DNA from: Octopus sinensis
Taxonomy: Eukaryota
Direction of reading: 5' to 3'
NCBI RefSeq assembly: GCF_006345805.1
Contig: NC_043013.1
Coordinates: 39,742,001 to 39,806,000 of the forward strand
Length of the DNA stretch: 64,000 nucleotides
Of the stretch, positions 26,761-38,689 are shown piece after piece. The notes beneath the pieces were generated by a model. The model saw nothing but the letters and a program-made list of their open reading frames with translations. It searched no databases and was not told where the DNA came from. The translations under genes and the position numbers were made by a program. How positions within the stretch are numbered: the first letter of the stretch is position 1; every line of letters begins with the position of its first letter.

Positions 26761-27585
26761 TTTTGCTAGAATGGACCAATATATATTAATTCAATCTATA
26801 CTCTTACAAACGCTACACCTTTAAAAAGAAATGGACTTGTTTGATTGGCCCTTTAGAAAAAAAAAGCAATGTTGTCAAATTTAGAATGTTTATATAAGTT
26901 TGTGTATAGCAAAGCATATGATTTGTAAGCATGCGTATCTGTGTATGTGTAAGTGAAAGTATGCTTGTGCTTAAGCACGCATACACACGACGGTATGTAA
27001 TGTATCAATTCAAACTTGTGTATGTATACTGGCTCTATAGATGCCAATAACATCGCTACAAGTTTCCCCCCCACCCCTCTTTCGTTCCTTTTTCTCTCTT
27101 TCCCTTTCTTTGTTCCCCCTCCTTGCTCAGTATATGAGAATTGCTACATAGATGAATTTTAGCTTGCGTGCGAGACGGTTTTGCGTGAATATATGTACAC
27201 ATGCTTTTATGTGTATAATTTAGATTCATATTCATACGTCTGTATATGTATGTATGGCGTTTACGCGCATCCTTTTGTGTATGTTGATATATATATGTGG
27301 ATTTTAATATAAATATGTATTGCAGTATTTATAACAGGTTTAATTTCTATGCATTAATTTGTACTGTCTTCAATAACGGCAATAGGTTTTTTCCTCGGTT
27401 TTTTTCCTCGGATTTATAATTTTTATAAGTTTTTATATATATATACATATATTTTTGACCTTTTTGTTTATCGCTCGAGATTGACCGTTTTTTCTAAGGG
27501 CCAATCAAACAAGTCCTTTCTTTTTAAAGGTGTAGCGTTTGTAAGAGTATAGATTGAATTAATGATTGTTCCATTCTAGCAAAAA

Positions 27586-27623
27586 CTGTCTGATGAACGG
27601 CAACGAGAAACTCAGAGTAACAG
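27586..27623 (+). ncRNA. Minimal type I hammerhead ribozyme motif (right arm)
   Basis: CUGU CUGAUGA ACG-GCAA-CGA GAA ACUC A GAGU A/ACAG. It has a GNRA-capped stem II, a near-palindromic stem III and a GUA cleavage triplet. Confidence 0.75.
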
Positions 27624-28289
27624 ATTTTGTTGAATTTTCTGCTGCTTAAATAAAAGTATATATATATATATTATATATGTGTGTGTGTGTGTGTGTGTGT
27701 GGTGTATGTGTGTATGTGTGTGTGTGTGTGTTATGTGTGTGTGTGTTGGTACTTATATGTGCATATATGGATACAGGACGTCACAGAACGTAAACAACAT
27801 GAAATATTAAGAAAAGCTTAGATATGCGAGCAACGAAAGAAACAAATGGAAAGCAAAACAAGTAACATAAAGAACGATATTTCATCAGTTGTCGGTTGTT
27901 TTTCTACTTCACATTTCGAGCAATTCACGACAACATGTAACTTCGAAAAACAGTTGATCCCGCGAGCCAAAATAAAATTTTGGATTTGCGGAGGGTCAAA
28001 GTTGGCAACAAAAACAGGAGAGGGGAGACATACAATAAACCAAACGAAGACAAAATATGGAGGACCGTTAGGCTTGACGAGGGAAGGTAGCGAACGCTGG
28101 ATGAATATTCTTTGACAAGAGAAAAGATAGGAGAGAAGACAGACTGAAGGAAAATAAAGATGATCACGTGAGAAAAAGAAAGATGGACGGTGGTCACGTG
28201 TGAGCAACGAGAGAGAAGTAAAGGAGGAAGAGGGAGACAGGAACTGAAAGAAGCTCACCGTGTGTGTGCGTGTGTGTGTGTGTGTGTGG

Positions 28290-28900
28290 TGTGTACTTTG
28301 CACTGCTGTGTGAAAGTCACATCCATCTTTTGATTTCCTTCTTGATAGAGCTTTGATATTACAATAATCTTCCATTTCATGTATTTGAAAGACTCTTCCT
28401 TTAATTACTAGATGTAGTCCGCCTATTTTATGAGTTCTCACTCATCTAGAGCTCTTAAATAGAAAATACTGTTGTAAAATGATTGCTTGGGCTTCCCTTC
28501 AGGTATTTGTATTGCCAATATGAAGTTTGTTTTATAGGAGTGACATCTGCTTTATTTACTATAGCTTCTGTGCAACAAGGCATATTTAGTGAACATGTAT
28601 TGGTGTTGATACATGTGAGCATGTGGCCTCAGTTATACTTAGGAATGCTTTTGACTACTTGTTATAAACTGTAGTTTAATAACAGATTGCACAATTAAAA
28701 AAATCTTTCTATATTCAAGGCTTACTGGGAAATGCTTATCAAAGTTGGAAAGATATTCGCAATATTTGTCAAAAGTTGTGAATTTGATCATTTTGTTTTT
28801 CATATTGTTGAACCAATCAATGGCGGATGTACAGTTGATCCACTTCATTAGTTGAATGTCTGATTTTGGAGCTGATACCTTCCTAGCGCACGGCTGATCA
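28290..28900 (-). mobile_element. Decayed Penelope-like element (RT motif fused by deletion to linker and GIY-YIG remnant)
   Basis: MKWINCTSAIDWFNNMKNKMIKFTTFD (pre-motif-A region), DKHFPVSLEYRKIF, and CSLNMPCCTEAIVNKADVT resembling CPLxGxCLxxxIVYKAxV. Multiple frameshifts. Confidence 0.6.
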
Positions 28901-29334
28901 GTGAGAAGTTGACGAAAGTTTTCTACGACCTTTCTTTGGTGATCATTCTATATGATTTATGGCTGTTGTCTTGATAGCGTTTCTGTCCTCTTTTCTATGT
29001 GTAAGCATTTTGGTATTTCTGCGTTCCTCTGTTGATCACGTTGTATATGTTAAAATTTGAACAGAAATTTGTTACTAGATTACAGATAGGATAAAGAACG
29101 AGCGGTTACCAACACGAAAACCGTACAACACACTGAAGGACCACAAGACTAACTTCTTAGCAAGTCATTAAATGCAGACATATCAACACAGGGAATGGCA
29201 TAGTAAGAAAATCCTAGAAGATATATCAAGTTCAGATTTAGACAAACAGACAAGCAACATGATCAGACACAGACACACACACGTGTGTATGTATCTCCAT
29301 ACGTATATGTATAGATATATGTATATATATATAC

Positions 29335-29386
<52 letters not shown>

Positions 29387-29387
29387 G

Positions 29388-29430
<43 letters not shown>

Positions 29431-29468
29431 ACGTATATATATATATATATATATACGATATATATATA

Positions 29469-29508
<40 letters not shown>

Positions 29509-29564
29509 ACACAGATACAGAGATATATATGAACACACAGATACAGATATAGGTATATGCATAT

Positions 29565-29595
<31 letters not shown>

Positions 29596-29623
29596 CTGAC
29601 GTGTGTTTATGTGCGTCTACGTA

Positions 29624-29668
<45 letters not shown>

Positions 29669-30904
29669 TGATACACGTACATTATGTATCTGTTGTTTCA
29701 GGTGACTATGAAGTATGATTAACAATAACTCAGCAGAAACTAATAATAAATAACGGTTGTCCATTAGATTCATAAACATGCCTCATAAATGATGTACAAA
29801 TGTGGGGAGTACGAGAAAAAGAATATGGAGTAATACATCTCGTGAAAGAAGATACACTTTGACTGCGGCAGACGATATTTTCGTGTCTGTCAGATTTAGA
29901 GAGAGAAATAACGAAGATAAATACATAGTGGGAGTAATGGTGGTATTAGTGAGAGAGGTAGAGGGAGAGCGAAGCGTGAAGGGTGAAAGATAGTGTTGTT
30001 TAGAAGGAGGGGGATTGAATAGGGGGAGAGTATATGAGAAGCGTGTGTAGGAGAGATGATAGATATGTACTATGACGACGAAAGGGAGGAGGGAGATTTT
30101 AGGTTGATGCTGGAGGGAAAGGAACGAGGGAGAAGAGGAACGGATTGTAAGGAAAGAGGCGAGAGAGAGGGGACATTGGATGGATTGGAGATTTAAAGAG
30201 ATATGAATGTGAAGGTTTAACGATAGAGAGAGAGGAAGAGAGAAACGAGAATGAAAACGTGTTTGCGAGAAAGAGATAATGATAATGATGACGATGATGA
30301 TGATAATGATGATGATGATCATCGTCATCATGATTATGATGATGGCGCTGATGGCGATGGTTAAGTTGATGATTATGATGGAGATGGTGAAGAGGACGTC
30401 GACTACGACGACGACAACGATGACGATGATTATGATGGTGCTGGTGGTGGTGGTGGTGGTGTAGTGTGGTTTTGGTGGTAGTGGTGGTGGTGATGTTGGA
30501 AGTAGTGGTTGTGGTAATCGTCGTCATAATTGTAGAGTGAATGTAAAAGAATTTGAGATATAAAAAAAAAGACAAAGGAATGAATAGGAAAAGAGAAAGA
30601 AAGAGAGAGAGAGAGAGAGAAGAGAACTTGACAAAGAGAGGTGAAACAAGGAAAGAGGAATACTAAAAAGAGTGAGTGTGTTTATGACACAGAAATGAAG
30701 GTCTGGAATGTGACAGGATAGAGAAAGATAAGTGATTGGGAGTTGAAGTTAATGGCGAATTTAAGCATAAAGGTAGAAAGCAATGGAGAAAAGCAACATG
30801 GGGACAAGCAACGGGGCTGATATAGAGAAGATAAATCAGTGATATGAGGAAAAGGTGAAGGAAAGTTTAAGAATAATAGAAATAATGGAAAGTTAGAAGA
30901 GGGA

Positions 30905-30960
<56 letters not shown>

Positions 30961-31245
30961 TATATATAATATATATATATATAAATGATCATTAATATGG
31001 AATTATCAAACCAGGCAAAAATAATTTTCAAGCTCTCAAGTACATCAGGCTGGCAAATTATTTTCACCTTGGTATAGGATTCTAGTTAATCCTAACGCAA
31101 GATCAAAATGTTGAAGTCCATCACCAGTCGACTTAGTAAATCCATGGTTGCATTCCCCAGTTAATAAGGTATTTTTCATAGAGTGATATATAAGAAAAGG
31201 AATAAATAATGAATTTTACATATTTACCAATTTGTGCATCGTAGA

Positions 31246-31452
31246 CTTACGGCTGTTTCTGATATACGATACAGGTGCGTTCATAGTTCCGTTTACTCAA
31301 TCGGTCGACCAATCGATTGAAAACATTGGACGACCTTAACAAATACTATCATCTTCAGAGGTCTCGCACCGAGTTTTTCAATCGATCAATCGACCGATTG
31401 AGTAAACGTAACTATGAATACACCTGTAATGTATATCAGAAACGGCTGTAAG
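31246..31452. repeat. Inverted repeat / MITE-like foldback (~80-bp arms)
   Basis: CTTACGGCTGTTTCTGATATAC...AATCGATTGAAAA pairs with TTTTCAATCGAT...GTATATCAGAAACGGCTGTAAG. Confidence 0.9.
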
Positions 31453-31856
31453 CTTGCAATATATATATATATATATATATATACATAGAAAGAGAGGGAG
31501 AGAGAGAGAGAGAGAGAGAGAACTAAAATATCTCTCTGTTTATCTATCAATAACTTTCTTTCGCTTAATCTTTCTCTCCCTCCCTCCCTCACTCTCTCTC
31601 ATTCTCTCCTTCTCTTTATAGACACATGTACTCATACACACACATACACACACACACACACACACTCACACACACGCACGTAGACCAGTGGTTTGCAGCT
31701 ACCGGAATGCAGGCAGGAACTTGATCAACTCCAATAAGTTCAAATGGGCAGGAGGGTACGATGTTGAAAAACTCGAAACACTCTGAGTCACCTAGGCTAT
31801 CACTGACGATGCATCCCGTAGCATCCGCAAGAATATGCATCTTAAAACCATACTTT

Positions 31857-31921
<65 letters not shown>

Positions 31922-32025
31922 GGAATGGTCATTTGCCAGTTTAGCCAATAAAAACACACGCACTATATATTTGGTGTTATTTTGCTTCAGTGATATTTAT
32001 TTTTACATTAATCTTAATTTATTTC

Positions 32026-32070
32026 GGCCAGAGTTCTTTCGTCACACTCCTGTGACCGCATCAGTGGTCC
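32026..32070 (-). ncRNA. Hammerhead-like motif (CUGAUGC variant) inside module 31919-32110 with ~35-bp inverted ends
   Basis: Minus strand: CCA CUGAUGC G GUCAC-AGGAGU-GUGAC GAAAG AA CUC/UGG. Module ends are TTCGGAATGGTCAT..GCCAGTTTAGCCAATAAAA and its inverse. Confidence 0.5.
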
Positions 32071-32180
32071 TTTGTTTTATTGGCTAAACTGGCAATATGA
32101 CCATTCCGAAAATAACAATATCTGTTTCAACACACGACTTCACATAAAAAAATCTTGCACAACAAATATTTAAACGTATA

Positions 32181-32240
<60 letters not shown>

Positions 32241-32296
32241 GTGTGTGTGTAGTGTGTGTGTGTGTGTGTGTGTGTTGTGTGGTGTGTATATATTTA

Positions 32297-32990
32297 GGGG
32301 TACGGAAAGTAATGTCAGATTCGATGTAATGAGTTCGAATATAATTATTCATTCAAAATATATTCGTCACCATTAGAAATAAGATTTTCCCATGTAGAAA
32401 CCAGCAATCTGATTTAACGGACAAAAATAAAATTAAGTCTTTTAGAAGAAAATAATGCTTGGAATACTGTTTCGACATTGTCTCTGCTTCTGAATGGTTC
32501 TTCACAAGTAAAGTATTTAAGAGACCCGAATAAGTGAAACCCTGCTAGTGCTAGATCCGGTGAGTAGAGAGGGCGAAGGAGTAAGATTCCCAGTCTAATG
32601 AATTTATTTTTCCTTGGCTTATCTTGTTGGAGGCACTGCTTTATACTCGGGGTACAGATCACTGGTAATTACTTGCCTTGTCTATACCCTTTTCCAATTT
32701 GCTTCAGGTGCTCTCGCAGATTTGGCCTAGGTATATTAAGCCTCTAGCTAAGTCCCAGATTTTTTGACTCCGATACTCATCAATTGTTGTTTTCACTGCG
32801 TCATTATTGATAACAGTTGGTCTTCTTAAATGATACCCAACTTAAAGATAGAAATTATCATCTTTCTTTTTAATTTATTGAACCACCTTTGGCATTTTCA
32901 AACACACACCATTGTAACGTACATATTTATATTGCCGCTCTTTCGAAATTCGTAAAGTATACACCATGCAGCTCACTAAAGTCCTTGTTT
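32297..32990 (-). mobile_element. Decayed mariner element
   Basis: LGILLLRPLYSPDLALAGFHLFGSLK contains the YSPDLA motif; N-terminal remnants lie upstream. Confidence 0.8.
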
Positions 32991-34179
32991 TCCATGCGCT
33001 ATCAGATAGAACATATACACTCACGACATGTGTTCACATTAACGTTTTTGTCATTAACTCTACGTTGATTGGTTGATTACAAGGAGACCTATTACTGCCC
33101 TGCAAACTACGTGTGGAATATCAGAATATTTGCTTAAAAATACTTTATATTTACAATATATATGTAAAAGGGAATTGAAGAAATAAAAGGAAAACAAATA
33201 TGGAAGAAAGGGAGAAAAAGAAAGGAACAAACAAAGAAACAAAGATGAATTTGGTGTTTTGGGATTTTTTTCAACAACAAAAATAACCCCTGTGAATGTA
33301 ATGATTAAATATAATGATTAAAGAAACATTCGTGACTAATCAACATCACTGTTTGGTCCAGTGAACAAGGGAGATAATATTGAACATTTCTCATTTTATT
33401 AGGCTTCATCAGTGGAAGTATAGTTTCATCAATGTTTGATGGTACTGTAGTAAGTAGATTAATGTATAGAATATGTAAACGTTTGATACAAGCATTGATA
33501 AAAACCCTTGATACAAACGTTGATATAAACGTTGAAAATAAACCCACAATTTTTATGGTTGAATTTATAAAACGAACACTACTTTTATAATTATATTATC
33601 AATTAATCTCATTTTTCCGGCGCTACTCGATCATTTCTCATCCTTAAATACGTGGTTAGTGCAATTTCATAATTAAATATATTAGCTAAGAGCTTCAGAA
33701 TATTAAAAAAAAACCGTTGCGAGAATAGAGATCAGATAACAACCTCACGCAATTCAAGCAACAAAACGCCTCAATGTAAACAGTTGAAAGGACAGTATAT
33801 CCGTCATTCTGATAGCAATGGTCGAATTATAGCCAGGAAACTAATCCGAAATGATACAGATAACAGGAAAATAATTTGTAGCTAAAATGGTTATAATAAC
33901 AATAACAATAGTAATAATAATGAGTGTTTGTGACAGTGATCATAATAATGATGATGATGATGATGATGATAAGCAGAATTAGTGGGGAGCATCATAGCCA
34001 TGTATTGAGCGGAATTCTTTGGGGTTTGAATAATTTACCACTGGAAACACGGGTGTTTCGTTCCACATCCTTAAACAACCATTATTCAGGGACCTTTTGA
34101 GCGGGATTTGCTACTTGACATGAAGAAAATTCTAACTGGGTCCCACCAGCAAGGTCGTGTGTGTGTGGGGGGGGGGGTG

Positions 34180-34335
34180 CTTGTGTTTGTACCCTTACCA
34201 TCGCTTGACAACCGATGTTGCTGTGTTTACGTTCCCGTAACTTAGTGGTTCAGTAAAAGACGCCGATAGAATAAGTACTAAGCTTACAAAGAATAAATCC
34301 TGGGATCGATTTATTCGACTACAGGCGGTACTCCT
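34180..34335 (+). mobile_element. Family A SINE, 3' fragment
   Basis: CGCTTGACAACCGATG...GATAGAATAAGTACT. Confidence 0.75.
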
Positions 34336-34667
34336 GGTTTGTGGATATCCCTAATTGCATAATATTTTTATTTCTGGTGTTAAATGTTTTAATCCTTTCT
34401 CTTTTCCTTGCATACTGTTTTTCTCTGTTATCTTGGTGTGGTACGGTGGATAATTTTAAGACTTTAGCTCTTATTGCTTATCAAGCATCCTTACGCTTCG
34501 TACAAATTTATAATTCATAGTTATTTTATGCTATTGCGCCTGCGATCCACCTATGCCACTGCTGTTGATATCAATTCTAAAATTTATCCACAGATGATAT
34601 GAACAGTAGTGACATCTGATTTCAAATCTGAGTGTTTGAATGTTTTGCGTATATATACATACATACA

Positions 34668-34750
<83 letters not shown>

Positions 34751-34804
34751 TATGTGTGTATATATATAGGTGAGAGAGTTGGTGTGTGAAAGCACTTTGT
34801 TGGA

Positions 34805-35872
34805 TGTATAAAAAATAAAAAAGAGTGAAAAAACTACAGAAGGCTTGTTTTATAAGGTTAAAGAATATATTTAAGTTGTTATGTTAGAAAAATGTTATAA
34901 AATTTTGTGTATAGTAACATAGTTTTCGTATTTTCTTTTCAAATTTCTCAGATTTCTTTACCTACATCATGTCATGTCTTCGCTATGAAGTAAAGAGTTC
35001 CAGGCAGGGGAAGGTAATCAGGGATCTCTTCCTGTATAAGAGAGATAATCGCTTTATATTTTTGTTCTTTTTTTCAATGAGATAAGTTTCCTTGCATAAA
35101 AATGTTAGATTGGCTAAGTTTTGGTTTATATTTTTCAATGAAGAATGTTTCCTTGTTTAATATAATTTGTGTTGGTGTTCCAATAGCACATTGATAGAAT
35201 TGAAAGATTAAAAATTGTGGTAGTAGTTGCTTTGTGCATTTCTCAATATGTTCACTAAAGGGTATCATTCTCTATTCTGGGGATGCAATCTGTTGTCGAT
35301 GCAGAGTGCATCTGCGTCTGAGCGATAATCCCGTGGATCCTATGTAGTGTTGGTGGCAGCCCGAGCATCTTATGACATAAATTAGATTTTCTGAAGCACA
35401 ATTAAAATTAGATTTGATCTCGAATTTTTGTCTCTCTTTGAAGAGGAATTCTGATCCTTCTAGAAAGTTTGGGCATGTTGCGCAGTTTGGTTTACCACAT
35501 CTTTTTAATTTTGCATCCGTTATTTCAGAAAACAATTTTGCCTTTTTTAATGATTTAGGTTGTTTGTAGCTTTTAATGATTTTATGAATGTTTAGAATTT
35601 CCTTTTATTTGGGGGTCCTTATGAAGCATTGGTAAATTCTGGGTGATGATGGTGAAGGCTTCTTTGTTTCTGGGGTTGTATGTGTATATGTAAGGCAGTA
35701 TTTTCGGGGAAGGTGTGTTGCTGTGTTGAACTTTTCTTAAAGTTTCTGTCTCCAAAAACTATGTTACTATACACAAAATTTTATAACGTTTTTTCTAACA
35801 TAACGACTTAAATATATTCTTTAACCTTATAACAAAAGCCTTCTGTAGATTTTCACTCTATTTTATTTTATA
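34805..35872 (-). mobile_element. 5'-truncated Penelope-like element (Neptune-type GIY-YIG endonuclease) with ~120-bp inverted terminal arms
   Basis: CGKPNCATC...FNCASENLIYVIRCSGCHQHYIGSTGLSLRRRCTLHRQQI (35272-35535) continues in frame past one stop into 35074-35268 (...KETFFIEKYKPKL). 34805-34926 is the inverse of 35754-35872, and (TA)n lies on both sides. Confidence 0.9.
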
Positions 35873-36007
35873 TATATATATATATATATATAATATTATA
35901 TATATATATATATATAAAGGGAAAGTTTACGAAAATAAACAAAAGACGAAGGCAGGTAGAGTACAAACAAACAAATGTATTAGTATAGCGCTCAGGAATA
36001 GAAAAAG

Positions 36008-36045
36008 TCTTTTACGTTTCGAGCCTATGCTCTTCGACAGAAAGA
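36008..36045 (-). ncRNA. Hammerhead-like motif, CUGUCGA core variant, in PLE-terminal module ~35917-36090
   Basis: Minus strand: UCUUU CUGUCGA A GAGC-AUAG-GCUC GAAAC GUA/AAAGA, with stems I and II perfectly paired. Confidence 0.55.
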
Positions 36046-36127
36046 TACACAGAAAAAAACAAGGAGAGAAAAAAATGCGTGTAGGAGCTAATGTGTATGT
36101 GTATACACACCACACACACACACACAC

Positions 36128-36174
<47 letters not shown>

Positions 36175-36176
<2 letters not shown>

Positions 36177-36435
36177 TGAGATCCCCTTCGGTCATGACTG
36201 ACCATGGGATTGCACCTAGAAAGTTACCCTCCCAGGCACAAGTCCGGGCAAGGTTGTTTATGGAAGACCAGCAGTCACCCATGCATACCGGCCTCCCCTC
36301 TCCACGCCACCAGTGTTATCCAAGGGAAAGGCAAAGGCCGATACATCTTGGCACCTGTGACGTCGCAATTCATTTCTACAGCTAAGATAACTGGAGCAAC
36401 GTGAAATAAAGTGTCTTGCTCAAGAACACAACACG
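36175..36435 (-). mobile_element. SINE fragment sharing its 5' core with 58891-59210 but with a different 3' part
   Basis: GCAACGTGAAATAAAGTGTCTTGCTCAAG(A/G)ACACAACG is present in both. Confidence 0.65.
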
Positions 36436-36571
36436 CCTCAACACGACTCAACACAAATGAAAGCTTTGTGAGAAGACTACTTTGACATCTAATGAGCTGG
36501 ACGCATTCGTTGTGTACACGAAACGTTAAGTCATATGGAACTGAAGAAAACTTTTAACAGATATAAGGATG

Positions 36572-36701
<130 letters not shown>

Positions 36702-36729
36702 CAGATAGATAGATACATGCATACATACA

Positions 36730-36763
<34 letters not shown>

Positions 36764-37346
36764 CATACATACATACATATATGGGATGAGAGTGTGGGCT
36801 ACGGTTATTTAGAAGGGATATTACATTTCTACGGTTACGTAATACTATTGGTTGACTGCAGTGAATAATAATAAAATCCAGAAATAAAGAAACCGATGCA
36901 GTATTGCACGTGACTTTGATCTCCAATGGCGGGTAATATCACACCACAACTCGTTTCCTATCGTCCTGTTTATGAAGATAGATAATCCAAACTTAGCTAT
37001 ATCGATTACCAGATATATGTAAATGAATTGCCTGTTATCTGTAACCTACCTACAGATCATCACATCTCTCATGAAAATATATACGTTCGCTCTGATTTTT
37101 ACGATGTATTTCCCTGACCGGCAGCTTTGCTTCTCAAACTGCTAGAGTAAAATATGATGCTGCGTTTAACGTGATACTTACTAAATAAATATATTAATTC
37201 TTAGTTAAGTATTGCCTTTTCATGGAGATGACATCTTTGAATAATTAACTTCAGTGACGTGTGTGTGTGTGTGTGTTAGTGTGTGCGTATGTGCGCGTGT
37301 GTATGTGTAACTTCAGTGATGTGTGTGTGTTAGCGTGTGCGTATGT

Positions 37347-37399
<53 letters not shown>

Positions 37400-37403
<4 letters not shown>

Positions 37404-37717
37404 AGCGGTTTGCTTCCCTACAAATTCGCTCCTGGTTCAGTCTTACTGCGTCGCCTTAGGTAAAGTCTCGGGTTGACCAATGCATTGCGAATGAATTTGG
37501 AAAACGGTGACTATGTGGCAGCCCATAGCATGTATGTGTGAATCTGTGTGTGTGTGTGTGTGTTGTGTAAGTGTACGTGTGTGTGTTGTATACGTGTGTC
37601 TATGTGTTAAGTACAAAAGTTTAAGATGAGTACTGCCTTTCGATTTCTTCGACTAAACACTTAAACGCCGTGCCCCAGCGGGGACGTAGTCCAATAACCG
37701 AAACAAATAAAAGATAA
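37400..37717 (+). mobile_element. Diverged family A SINE
   Basis: GGTTCAGTCTTACTGCGT...GTGCCCCAGC...GAAACAAATAAAAGATAA. Confidence 0.6.
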
Positions 37718-38553
37718 TACTAGTGCCATAATAGTTATTCTATTTTATACACGGCCTATTCATTTTATATATGTAAGAGAGATGTTACTATCATCGACGA
37801 GTCGTTCCATTCGATATCAAATGTCTATTAACGCTCGCAGTGAATCGTTAGAAGGGCCCAGGTTAATGAACTGGCGAAAATTGAACTCAGAACGCAAAAT
37901 GTTGGAACAAATTGCACAAGGCACTCATATAACTTTCTAACAATTATAACAATCTACTTCCATAGAATTGTCCATTATGTATCGACAGCGAGGTGGAATA
38001 TGTACTCAGAGCACTGAATGCCCGAAGACATATCATATTTTATCCTACGCTCACGTAACTTGGCCAATTTTCATCTTTCACACAAGCTTAATGCGAACTC
38101 AAAGGAAATAGGCAGAGTCATTAGAGCGTTGGGTAGAATGCTTTGTAGTATTTGTTCCGAACTTCCTCAGCTCTGAGTTCAAATCTTGCTAAGTACAATA
38201 TTTTGTTTGCTCTTTGCCATGTAGACAAAAAAACACAGGGTGAGAGATTGACAGAAATGCAAAAGGACCGGGCAAGATGCCATGCGTTATCTGTTCCGCA
38301 TCTTTACGTTCAACAATGACAATTATGTCAAGCCTTGTCGTTCCAAGTCGACGGCGATTTTCAGGAACAAACATCAGAGGCGTGGAGATAAGAGACTTGC
38401 ATGCATGGGCAACCGCCAGTCCTCTTCAAAAGGTCTTATATGAAATATGCTCAACCTTGATCGATGTCGGCTCTAACTGAGGGACAACTATAGAATGGCT
38501 GTCACAATGCTTTGCATCAAGAGCAATTTAGTTTCACAGGTCCCATCCCAACC

Positions 38554-38586
<33 letters not shown>

Positions 38587-38689
38587 CTGGTCTGCCAACT
38601 TTTGTTATTCTAGAATCAAGGAAACAGTTGTAGCGGCACTTTGAATAAACCCTAGTGAACACTGCTTGTCACAGCTGACTGCAGAATGC

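Larger units (their letters stand above)
26692..27657. mobile_element. PLE-derived non-coding element with ~170-bp inverted terminal arms, each carrying a hammerhead
   Basis: 26692-26863 is the reverse complement of 27488-27655. (TA)n lies on both outer sides. Confidence 0.75.

Noticed and set aside
34995-35030. Hammerhead in the 3' UTR of the GIY-YIG element
   Set aside because: Minus-strand CUGAUUA...GGAAC lacks intact core boxes, so I cannot support it.
35272-35535. Host or horizontally acquired GIY-YIG nuclease gene
   Set aside because: The Cys-rich linker, in-frame stop, truncation and inverted ends indicate a PLE remnant.
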